Shown: in pieces, positions 47,326-55,372 of the stretch
Layout: every line of letters starts with the position of its first letter
Position numbering within the stretch: the stretch's first letter is position 1
Assembly (NCBI GenBank): GCA_965242925.1
Contig: CBDEUM010000042.1
Coordinates: forward strand, 1-64,000
DNA length: 64,000 bases
From: Roseibacillus sp.
GTDB taxonomy: Bacteria; Verrucomicrobiota; Verrucomicrobiia; Verrucomicrobiales; Akkermansiaceae
Direction: 5' to 3'
Position numbers and translations under genes: made by a program
The notes under the pieces: model-generated
The model's input: only the letters and a program-made list of their open reading frames with translations
The model's database searches: none
What the model was told of the DNA's origin: nothing

Positions 47326-49854
47326 TTAATTCTCAAATAAATGGTGTTTTGGATCACCGGAGGAGAGGAGGTAGGACAGGAGATCCAGGATATCGTTGTC
47401 AGTCATGATGGAAAGGAGCCCAGGGGGCATCATCGAAATCCCGGAAGGCTCGATGGACAAGATCTCTTCCGCTCTGATCGCCCTGGTTTCGTTCGGTCTC
47501 ATCATGTCCGTGGTGATGCGGTATACATCACCCCCCGTTCCATCCCTTTTCCTATTGAGGTTCATGATCCGCCCCACCACTTTCTCGCCATTCCTGAGGC
47601 TGAAGACGCTGGCGCCGTACTGGTCACTGATCTCCCTGCCAGGGTCGACGATGGATTCGAGGAGGTCGTGTGGACTGAATTTGCCGGAGACCGCAGTGAG
47701 ATCGGGACCTACCGCCCCCCCCTCGTTGCGGAAGCGGTGACAGACATGACAACTGCCCACCCCGAACATCTTCCGACCGTTGGCAAAGTTGCGGCCCCCT
47801 TCCAACCCTGCTCCCAGGAGTCCCTGCAGGTCTTCCATCTTCCAGGACCTGATGAATTTGCGGGGCTTGCTGCTGAACTGGGGCGAGTTCTCCCCGGCCT
47901 TGGTCTTAAGGATCCTCTCCAGTTCCGGGGTCTTTTTATCAGCAGGCAGAGAAGCCATGGCATCTCTCCTGATATCTGCGAGGTAGGCCCTGAAACGGGG
48001 TCCCCCGTGGTAATTATCAGCCCGGGCGAGCCACCGGAAATACTTCACTCGAAGGGCCGGGGTCCATCCCTCCTTCATAAACCGGAGATTCATGGCGTAG
48101 GTGATCTGCTCTTCCTGGCTGGTCGAATTCTCAAGAAGTGCAATGGCCTTGGGCACAACGGAGGGAGCCCCCAGGAAGGCCAGCAGCATAGTTAGCTCAC
48201 GATTTTCCCCTGGCGAAGCTGCGGGGTAGATACCATCAAGCCACACGAGGAGCCGGCCCCCGATCTCCCCCTGCGGGGTTCCCCCCCGTGCCAGGGCCAG
48301 GATAAGAGCGCGCAGGAGGTTGAGTCGGTCCTGCTTCCCTCCGATTTTCAGGTAATCGAACTCGAGCACCTTGCCAATCACTTCTCCTCCCGAGCGCAAT
48401 CCGTCGGCGCGGGCCAGGGCGATCAGCCCAAGCGCCGCACGGTTGCTGTCCTCCTCCCCGAGGACAAGAGCCTTCCACAGTTCCACCGGATGCTTCTCGA
48501 GCACCGCACGCGCGGCATGCCGCAAGCCACGGTCGCTTCCGTCCGCGATATTGGTCCAAAGCCTGGCGAGATCCTCCGGTGTCTGCAGCCTGGCACCCTT
48601 GCGCAGGAGCAATTCCATTTTCTGACGACTCGCCCTGGGAGAGTGCCGCGGCAGAGTGGATTGCTTGGGCAAACCAACGCCTTCCTTCCCACGATAGGTG
48701 ACGCGATAGAGTCCGGACTGCACCCGTCGCCCTCCGATGGTGAAATACATGGCCCGGTCCCTGGGGTTGATCAGGATGTCAGTGAGAGGAAGAGGGGTCG
48801 CACTGGCAAATTCCTCGAAGCTACCGCCATAGGTCGATCCCTTCTCACTGAGGTGCACGGCATAGAGCTTTCCGTAAGACCAGTCGCAGGCGAAGAGGGC
48901 CTCCTGGTACTTTCGCGGGAACTTCGCTCCATAGCCGAAACACACGCCGGTGGGTGATCCCGGCCCGATATCAACCGCCGCACCAAAGGTATCGCGGTAG
49001 TGTTCGGGGAACTTGGCTGATCCTGTTCGCCAGCCAAAGTCAGCCCCGCTGATGACATGGTTGATGCGGGTGGGCCTGTACCAGGGGGTATTCAGATCCC
49101 CCTCCATGTCCGCGTCATAGGTAAAGAGTTCTCCCTCGCGGTTAAAGGCGGCATCATACTGATTGCGGAAGCCGGTCGCGATGATCTCCCAGCTCTCGCC
49201 TTCGGGATCAATCTGCGCGATGTGGCCGACCGGGGCCTTCGCCCCCTTCATGAAGTGCTCCATGGGGGGCAGGAGCTGGTCTTCGCCCCAGAGTTCCGGT
49301 ACCCGGGAATGGGTGTAGTCCCTGGGCAACTGGGTCTGGTTTCCCAGCACCACCATGAGGCTCCTGCCATCGGGGGTGGGAAGAATGGCGTGCGGACCAT
49401 GCTCACCACCGATGACATCCAGCTCCTTGATGCTCACTACCTTGTCGAACTTGTCATCATCGTCTGTATCGAGGAGACGGAAGACGCCCGAACCGGTCCT
49501 GCTGCTGCGCGAGTTAACCACCACATAAAGGCTGCCAAAGGCATGGCAGAGCCCCTGGGCGTGCCCAATGGGAAGATCGATGGTCTCGATGGTGGCCGGG
49601 TCGAGGGCCTTGTTGGCCGGAGGAGCGGGGAAGCGGTAGAGGCTGCCGTACTGATCGCTCACAATGAAGCGCCCCTTGTCGTCCTGGCACATGGCAACCC
49701 ACGATCCCTGCTGGTCCCGCGGGACCGAGTAAAGGAGCTCGACCGCAAAGCCCTCCGGCACCTTGATCTTCTCTCCCGGGGTAGCCGTGCGCTGGGCCGG
49801 GAGAGGGGCCAGAGTCAGCACGTTCAATAGGGCGACGGAAGTGAACCGCTTCAT
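47326..49854 (-). CDS. PVC-type heme-binding protein (beta-propeller dehydrogenase-like domain + HEAT + cytochrome c)
   Basis: VPEGFAVELLY, GEHGPH, GFRNQYD, GPGSPTG, CHVCHRF..EGGAVGPDLT, LLESIVDP, SMMPPGL. Confidence 0.9.
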   Translation of the reverse strand: MKRFTSVALLNVLTLAPLPAQRTATPGEKIKVPEGFAVELLYSVPRDQQGSWVAMCQDDKGRFIVSDQYGSLYRFPAPPANKALDPATIETIDLPIGHAQGLCHAFGSLYVVVNSRSSRTGSGVFRLLDTDDDDKFDKVVSIKELDVIGGEHGPHAILPTPDGRSLMVVLGNQTQLPRDYTHSRVPELWGEDQLLPPMEHFMKGAKAPVGHIAQIDPEGESWEIIATGFRNQYDAAFNREGELFTYDADMEGDLNTPWYRPTRINHVISGADFGWRTGSAKFPEHYRDTFGAAVDIGPGSPTGVCFGYGAKFPRKYQEALFACDWSYGKLYAVHLSEKGSTYGGSFEEFASATPLPLTDILINPRDRAMYFTIGGRRVQSGLYRVTYRGKEGVGLPKQSTLPRHSPRASRQKMELLLRKGARLQTPEDLARLWTNIADGSDRGLRHAARAVLEKHPVELWKALVLGEEDSNRAALGLIALARADGLRSGGEVIGKVLEFDYLKIGGKQDRLNLLRALILALARGGTPQGEIGGRLLVWLDGIYPAASPGENRELTMLLAFLGAPSVVPKAIALLENSTSQEEQITYAMNLRFMKEGWTPALRVKYFRWLARADNYHGGPRFRAYLADIRRDAMASLPADKKTPELERILKTKAGENSPQFSSKPRKFIRSWKMEDLQGLLGAGLEGGRNFANGRKMFGVGSCHVCHRFRNEGGAVGPDLTAVSGKFSPHDLLESIVDPGREISDQYGASVFSLRNGEKVVGRIMNLNRKRDGTGGDVYRITTDMMRPNETRAIRAEEILSIEPSGISMMPPGLLSIMTDNDILDLLSYLLSSGDPKHHLFEN

Positions 49855-50142
49855 CGGAAATTCAAGTCTCAGACTCCAGATTTCCTGCTCCTGTTCCAGT
49901 TCAATCCGCAGCCAGATCTCCGCCAGTTCCTCATTTGTTCAAAAGGGAGGGATTTCGCCTTTCCGGAAGGTGGACAAAAAAACACCCGTCCAGCGGCCCT
50001 GCTGTCACGATTTTCCGGAGCACCGGGTTTCTCGGACGCAGCCCTGCAAGCCCAACCGTAAGATCTCGAAAACCCTCTTCCCCATTTGCCCCTTGCCCAA
50101 CTGTGTTCTGACCGTTCCCCTTGCCACCTGTCCCACCACCGC

Positions 50143-50751
50143 ATGGAAGAGCCGTCTCCAGCGATCACCAACGAGCTCCTCGAGCGCGTCAGGGCAGGTG
50201 ACGAATCGGCCAACCGGGACCTGGTGGAAATCCTCTATCCCACCGTGCGGGCCAATGTCCGCAACCACCTGCGGAGACAGGCTGATCACGACGACGTCTC
50301 CCAGGAAGTCTTCCTCAAGATCTTTCTCAAGATCGACCAGTACAAAGGGCCGCAACCCTTCGAGCACTGGGTTTCCCGCATCGCGGTGACCACCTGCTAC
50401 GACTGGTTGCGCAAACACCGTGCCCGGCCCCTGGTGGCGTATTCGGATCTCACTGAGGCCGAAGTCGAGATCATCGAGAAGAGCCGCCCGGCCACCACCA
50501 CCGGGATTTCCGACACCCACCGGGAGCTCTTTTCGGGTCTCCTCGACAAACTGATCGCCACCCTCAACCCCCGGGAACAAATCGTGATCCGCCTCCTCGA
50601 TCTGGAGGAACACTCTGTCCGGGAGATTTCTGAGCTCACCGGGTGGGGCGCCAGCAAGGTGAAAGTCACCGCCATGCGGGCCCGCCGAAAACTGGCCGAA
50701 CAGCTCCAACGCCTGGAAACCAGCCACGAGCGGGAGGAGGGCGACCGCTGA
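50143..50751 (+). CDS. ECF-type RNA polymerase sigma factor
   Basis: DDVSQEVFLKI, FEHWVSRIAVTTCYDWLRK (region 2), SVREISELTGW..SKVKVTAMRARRKL (region 4). Confidence 0.93.
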   Translation: MEEPSPAITNELLERVRAGDESANRDLVEILYPTVRANVRNHLRRQADHDDVSQEVFLKIFLKIDQYKGPQPFEHWVSRIAVTTCYDWLRKHRARPLVAYSDLTEAEVEIIEKSRPATTTGISDTHRELFSGLLDKLIATLNPREQIVIRLLDLEEHSVREISELTGWGASKVKVTAMRARRKLAEQLQRLETSHEREEGDR

Positions 50752-50777
50752 ACTCCACCCAACTCCACCCAACTCCA
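50751..50777 (+). repeat. 10-bp tandem repeat AACTCCACCC x2.7
   Basis: AACTCCACCC AACTCCACCC AACTCCA fills the sigma/anti-sigma spacer. Confidence 0.85.
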
Positions 50778-50782
50778 AAACC

Positions 50783-51094
50783 ATGTCCGATCCTAACGAA
50801 GACAACCACTGGAACCGCCTGGTCGATGCCGCCAGGGACGCAGGGGCCACCACAGACGATGCCCGGGAGCAAAAGGCTCCCTCCGCCTTCGTCTCCGGGG
50901 TGATCACAATGCGGGAAGGACTATGGAAGTTTGCAACAACCGTACTCTGGCGCCGCTGGTCGCTGTTGGCGGCCCTTCTTGCAATTGCGCTCTACCTCAT
51001 CTTCTACTTTGTCATGAAATCAAATCCACCCGCCCGGGCTCCCACCCCGGCGCCGTCCCAAACTCTTCCCCAACCTCCCGACCCCGAACAATGA
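50783..51094 (+). CDS. Putative single-TM anti-sigma factor
   Basis: Directly downstream of the ECF gene; short cytoplasmic part (W.RLV.AAR...APSAF), one TM, Pro-rich tail. Confidence 0.65.
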   Translation: MSDPNEDNHWNRLVDAARDAGATTDDAREQKAPSAFVSGVITMREGLWKFATTVLWRRWSLLAALLAIALYLIFYFVMKSNPPARAPTPAPSQTLPQPPDPEQ

Positions 51095-51654
51095 AGCCAA
51101 CCTTCAAAGACTACCTGAACATTGTCTTGGCCCTTCTCGCCATTTTCCTCTGTGGCTACGGGATCGGATTCCTGTTGGGCGAACGCAAGGAGCAAGGCAA
51201 TCAACCTCCCCCACCCGCTCCCTCCTCCCAGCCAGCCCCCATCGTCGATTGGGAGTCCTGGGAACGCTCCACATTCCAGACCATTGAGGGGGCCATTGGC
51301 GAACTGACCCCGGAACAACGGCAATCCATCCGGCGCGAGGTCTCCGAGACCGCCAAGCGAATCAGAACCGCCCGGCAATCCGGTCGCAGGGAATTCCAGG
51401 CCCTCCACCAACGTCTGAAGCAACATCTCACCCCGGAACAGCAAACCAGAGCTTCCGGGATCCTCCCCCAATTGAGGGAGAAATGGAATGAATTCACTTC
51501 GTTCACCTCTCTAGGTGTAACCATGGGCAAATCGTCCTCGTCAGCCCTTATATGGAGGCTTTCTGCCCACTCGGTTAATCCCCCCCAGGGCCGGGAGGGC
51601 AGAGAGCTTCCCATTTTTCCGCCTTTTTTCATCAGCTCCTTCACAAATACTTAA
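51091..51654 (+). CDS. Membrane-anchored helical protein with LTPEQ motifs (Spy/CpxP-like); true 3' end uncertain
   Basis: ATGA overlap with previous gene, N-terminal TM, GELTPEQ and HLTPEQQ. Confidence 0.65.
   Translation: MKPTFKDYLNIVLALLAIFLCGYGIGFLLGERKEQGNQPPPPAPSSQPAPIVDWESWERSTFQTIEGAIGELTPEQRQSIRREVSETAKRIRTARQSGRREFQALHQRLKQHLTPEQQTRASGILPQLREKWNEFTSFTSLGVTMGKSSSSALIWRLSAHSVNPPQGREGRELPIFPPFFISSFTNT
51516..51542 (+). promoter_or_regulatory. ECF-type promoter motif, copy 1
   Basis: TGTAACCAT-gggcaaatcgtcct-CGTC. Confidence 0.7.
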
Positions 51655-51711
51655 CGCAACCAGATCTCGACATGGAGGTTCCATTCAGGTGAAGATCAGT
51701 CCCCTAAGCGC

Positions 51712-52470
51712 ATGAGATTCGGTAACCTCATATTCGGTGTCGCCCTCCTTCTGCTGGCTGTCACCCTTGCCCTGACCATCACCTTCCGGAACGATCCCGA
51801 GGGTGCATCGGCTGAACGGCTGCAAAACGACGCGACTTCCCCGGCACGCAGCATCGGAACCGCCGCGCCCCGGGGTTCCACCACTGCCCCCGTCGGTCGC
51901 CGCAATCCTGTCAGATCGCCACGTAAAAAGCTCCCCGACGTGAACGAACTCGAGGTGGTCATGGACAACAGCCCGGCCACCCGGGACCTGAGCCCGACGC
52001 AACGCCAGGACATCGCCAAACGCGTCCCATGGGTTCAGCAAGCTGCCCTCTCCCGGCTTGGGAAGATGGCCGAGCGGCTGGACCTCTCCCCGATACAGCA
52101 GCACAAGGTCTTCCCACAACTGCTCCGGGCCACTACGGGCTATCACCCGGCCATGGTCATCACCTACCCTGCGGGAGCCTCCCTTCCCTCTGAGGAGCTT
52201 GCCGCCAACGAGAAGTCTCCCGATGAGGCCATCCACGACTCCCTCGATCCCGACCAGCAGGAAGACTTCCTTCAGCAGAAACTCGACGATCAGGCCTGGT
52301 GGGAGGAAATCGTTGCCCAGCTGGAGGACGATTTCGATGCCTCTGTTGCCGGCAACAACGGACCCGTGGCCGCCGGTCAGGCTCCCCCCGAGCAGGAAGC
52401 CGTTGCCGAGCCCCAACTCGAGCCCGAGCCACAGCAGGGCGTGAACCTCTTCGACCTCTTAAACGAATAA
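51712..52470 (+). CDS. Membrane-anchored/secreted hypothetical protein
   Basis: N-terminal hydrophobic segment, LSPTQ/LSPIQ/LDPDQ helical motifs, WWEEI, acidic tail. Confidence 0.75.
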   Translation: MRFGNLIFGVALLLLAVTLALTITFRNDPEGASAERLQNDATSPARSIGTAAPRGSTTAPVGRRNPVRSPRKKLPDVNELEVVMDNSPATRDLSPTQRQDIAKRVPWVQQAALSRLGKMAERLDLSPIQQHKVFPQLLRATTGYHPAMVITYPAGASLPSEELAANEKSPDEAIHDSLDPDQQEDFLQQKLDDQAWWEEIVAQLEDDFDASVAGNNGPVAAGQAPPEQEAVAEPQLEPEPQQGVNLFDLLNE

Positions 52471-52483
52471 AATCGACTTTGGG

Positions 52484-52510
52484 TGTAACCATTGTACCTC
52501 CAAGCTCGTC
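52484..52510 (+). promoter_or_regulatory. ECF-type promoter motif, copy 2
   Basis: TGTAACCAT-tgtacctccaagct-CGTC, about 44 bp before ATG 52554. Confidence 0.8.
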
Positions 52511-52553
52511 GATCCCCTTAACCAGAGAACCTTTCCCGAAAGGCCCCAATAAA

Positions 52554-53243
52554 ATGAAGATGAAATACCTCCCTCTGATAACCATCGCTGTCGGCATCGG
52601 TTTCGCCAGTGCCGGACGTGAGCGAACCTTTGGTGACGGGAATCTTCCCGAAATCCTCGAACAGTTCGACCTCAACGACGACGGACAGATCGACGAAGAG
52701 GAGCGTCAGGCCGCCCGCGAAGCCCGCCGGGCTGCCCGGGCTGAACGCCGCGCTGCACACATCGCGGAATTTGACACAGATGCCGATGGCGAACTCTCCG
52801 ACGAAGAGAGGGAAGGCGCCCGCGAAGCCCGCCGGGCCGCCCTTGAAGCCAAGCGCGAGGAAAAATTTGCTGAAATTGCAGGTGATGACGGATGCCTTGA
52901 CTCCGACGAATTTGCCGCCCTTCCCCCGCTCGAAGGCAGAGATCCGGAACGCTTGGCCGCCATCTTTGACCGACTGGATTCTGATGACGACGAATGCGTT
53001 GACCTTGAAGAATTCACCGCTCGCCTTCGTCATGGCCGTAAGCCGGGTGGACATCGTCCGCCGCAGCCGCCCACCCGTCCCGAGCCGCCCACCCGTCCCG
53101 AGCCACCCACCCGTCCCGAGCCACCCACCCGTCCCGAGCCACCCAACCCGCCCGGGCCACCTGAGCGCCCCGACGACAACGATGACGATAATGATGAAGC
53201 TCCGGATCCGCGCACGCCGCCCCGCTTTGGCGGCAGGGGGTAA
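52554..53243 (+). CDS. Secreted EF-hand protein, paralog 1 (Pro-rich tail)
   Basis: Signal peptide; loops DLNDDGQIDEEE, DTDADGELSDEE, IAGDDGCLDSDE, DSDDDECVDLEE. Confidence 0.88.
   Translation: MKMKYLPLITIAVGIGFASAGRERTFGDGNLPEILEQFDLNDDGQIDEEERQAAREARRAARAERRAAHIAEFDTDADGELSDEEREGAREARRAALEAKREEKFAEIAGDDGCLDSDEFAALPPLEGRDPERLAAIFDRLDSDDDECVDLEEFTARLRHGRKPGGHRPPQPPTRPEPPTRPEPPTRPEPPTRPEPPNPPGPPERPDDNDDDNDEAPDPRTPPRFGGRG
53067..53138 (+). repeat. 18-bp tandem repeat x4 encoding PPTRPE
   Basis: CCRCCCACCCGTCCCGAG x4. Confidence 0.95.
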
Positions 53244-53276
53244 ATCTTTTCGGTTCTTTCCCATCCCCATCGCGAG

Positions 53277-53308
53277 GAGGCAACCTGAACCACGGGTTGC
53301 CTCTTTTT
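53277..53308 (+). terminator. Intrinsic terminator after EF-hand paralog 1
   Basis: GAGGCAACC-loop-GGTTGCCTC followed by TTTTT. Confidence 0.8.
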
Positions 53309-53338
53309 CTTGAACAAGGACCGGTTCCTTCCGCCCCC

Positions 53339-54328
53339 ATGGCAAGACCCGTCTCCATTTTGTTATCCCTCCTGCTGCTCTCCGTGCTCGAAATTGCACG
53401 GGCCGAACTGCTTTACTTCACCGATTTCGACGAGTTTCCCGAAGGTGATAACAAATGGGATGACTTTGATGGATGGCAGGCCAGCGACAATACCAGCGGA
53501 GCCCAAGCCATCGTAGCCGACCTCGTGGGGGGGGCCCTGGGAAACACTGCCACCCTGGGCTTCAACAGGCCCAACCGCGCCCTCACTACGGTGGCCAAAT
53601 CGATCAACTACGACCCCATCGCGACCGGCACGCCCCTCGTGTCCTTCAACCTCCTCTTCGGGATTGAGGACTCCACCGACTTCACCAACTACCGGCGCGA
53701 CGATTTCTTCATCACCTTCTACAACAACCAGGGCGCGCCCCTGGCCGCCATCCGCATCTCCAATACCGACACCGACTACGGCTTCTGGTACCGCAATGGC
53801 AGCCCCCAGTCGTCAGGCTACGAGGAAATAGACACCGGCCTGGATTTTATCCAGGGCGAACTCCATGAGCTGACCGGAATCATCGACTTCGAATCCAACC
53901 GCTGGACTGCGGAGATCGACGGCCTTCCGCTCTTTATCGACGTGGCCTTCAATGGCACCAATCAAGCGCTCTACTTCGGATTCATTGCTATCGAGTGGCA
54001 GATCGACGAGGGATCTCCCGGCAGATACGGTGACAACTTCCTCCTGCTCTCCGATCTGCGCATTGAAACAGTGGAAGACCCGCCCCCGCCAGTTGTGATT
54101 GACTCCATTGGCCACGATGCGAGAGGTGATATCCGGATTTCCTGGCAGGCCACTCCCGGGTTCAACTACGCCGTGGAATACTCCGATGACCTCCTGAACT
54201 GGCAGGGCGACCTCCCGTCCTCGACCTTCACTTCCCCTCCTGCCCTTCAGCCGTTCATCTTCACCGATACTACCGTCCTGCAGGCAGGAGGGCGCTATTA
54301 TCGCGTCCGCCAAACCCGGGCCGAATAA
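53339..54328 (+). CDS. Secreted hypothetical protein (lectin-like beta fold possible) with verrucomicrobial C-terminal domain
   Basis: Signal peptide, Asp/Phe-rich body, YAVEYSDDLLNW...FTDT...RYYRVR. Confidence 0.8.
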   Translation: MARPVSILLSLLLLSVLEIARAELLYFTDFDEFPEGDNKWDDFDGWQASDNTSGAQAIVADLVGGALGNTATLGFNRPNRALTTVAKSINYDPIATGTPLVSFNLLFGIEDSTDFTNYRRDDFFITFYNNQGAPLAAIRISNTDTDYGFWYRNGSPQSSGYEEIDTGLDFIQGELHELTGIIDFESNRWTAEIDGLPLFIDVAFNGTNQALYFGFIAIEWQIDEGSPGRYGDNFLLLSDLRIETVEDPPPPVVIDSIGHDARGDIRISWQATPGFNYAVEYSDDLLNWQGDLPSSTFTSPPALQPFIFTDTTVLQAGGRYYRVRQTRAE

Positions 54329-54447
54329 GAACGGAAGGAGCCTCTCCAAATCCCCTAAAAGGGCCATCTCTCGTCCTGGCTCCAACCCCGAAACGGGTTA
54401 TGCGCCAGCGGCAATTCTCCAAAACCCTGGCAAAATCCCTGACAAAA

Positions 54448-54474
54448 TGTAACCATCCCTCCGCCACTCCCGTC
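54448..54474 (+). promoter_or_regulatory. ECF-type promoter motif, copy 3
   Basis: TGTAACCAT-ccctccgccactcc-CGTC, about 64 bp before ATG 54538. Confidence 0.8.
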
Positions 54475-54537
54475 TATCCCCTTGAAAGACACGGCAGCAG
54501 GCCCCGTCTCACTGAAACCTCAAGCACAAAAAGAACC

Positions 54538-55149
54538 ATGAAGATCAAATACCTCCCGATCCTCGCAATTGCCCTGGGCATAGGGATCGCAACCACCATC
54601 GCCGGACATCGCACCTTCGGTGACGGCAAACTCCCCGAAATTCTTGAACAGTTTGACCTCAACGAGGACGGCGTGATTGACGAAGAAGAACGCCAGGCGG
54701 CCAAGGAAGCCCGCCGTGCCGCGCGTAGCGAACGCCGTGCCGAGCACATTGCGGAATTCGATACTGACGGCGACGGCGAACTCTCCGACGAAGAAAAGGA
54801 AGCCGCCAGAGACGCCCGGCGCGCTGCCCTCCAAGCCAAGCGAGAGGAAAAATTTGCCGAGATCGCAGGTGAAGACGGCAGTCTTGATCTTGACGAATTC
54901 GCTGCCCTGGCTCCCTTTGAAGGTGCGGATTCCGAGCGCGTGGCTGGCATCTTTGCCCGCCTGGATGATGACGAAGACGGCGCTGTCACTCTTGAGGAAT
55001 TTGGCTCCCGCCTGCGTCATCATGGACGCCGACCCCGCCACCACGGCCCCCGCCACCACGGCCCCCGCCATCGTCCCCACCACCATCGCCGAGGCGGTGG
55101 CGAAGGCGACGAAGATGACGAAGGCGAAGGCGAAGGCGACGACGCCTGA
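54538..55149 (+). CDS. Secreted EF-hand protein, paralog 2 (His/Arg-rich then acidic tail)
   Basis: Signal peptide; loops DLNEDGVIDEEE, DTDGDGELSDEE, IAGEDGSLDLDE, DDDEDGAVTLEE. Confidence 0.88.
   Translation: MKIKYLPILAIALGIGIATTIAGHRTFGDGKLPEILEQFDLNEDGVIDEEERQAAKEARRAARSERRAEHIAEFDTDGDGELSDEEKEAARDARRAALQAKREEKFAEIAGEDGSLDLDEFAALAPFEGADSERVAGIFARLDDDEDGAVTLEEFGSRLRHHGRRPRHHGPRHHGPRHRPHHHRRGGGEGDEDDEGEGEGDDA
55033..55071 (+). repeat. 15-bp tandem repeat x2.6 encoding PRHHG
   Basis: CCCCGCCACCACGGC x2 plus CCCCGCCAT. Confidence 0.85.
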
Positions 55150-55186
55150 TTCCCGCAGACCGATAGTAGTTCCAGAAAATTTAATC

Positions 55187-55220
55187 AGAGGCGGCCCGAC
55201 AGTGGGCTGCCTCTTTTTTT
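55187..55220 (+). terminator. Intrinsic terminator after EF-hand paralog 2
   Basis: AGAGGCGGCCC-gacagt-GGGCTGCCTCT followed by a T run. Confidence 0.88.
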
Positions 55221-55372
55221 GGACGGCTCCCCCACGGTTTCCGCGCCTGCTTTCGCTGGCCTCCTCTACACTTGGAGGACAATCGGTCCCTCAAGCCTGC
55301 CAATATTCGTGAACCTTCCTCCGCCCGAAGTGTGGCCTTTCCAATCGAAGGGAATTTAGCGAAGAACTGTGT

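Noticed and set aside
50107..50133. TCTGACCGT...TGTC just upstream of the ECF gene as an autoregulatory promoter
   Set aside because: Several mismatches and spacing off by one; too weak to call.
51460..51654. C-terminal ~60 aa of the LTPEQ protein as a real domain
   Set aside because: Looks non-coding, contains promoter copy 1, and one base less in the C-run near 51465 would stop the ORF at about 51475; cannot be resolved without reads.
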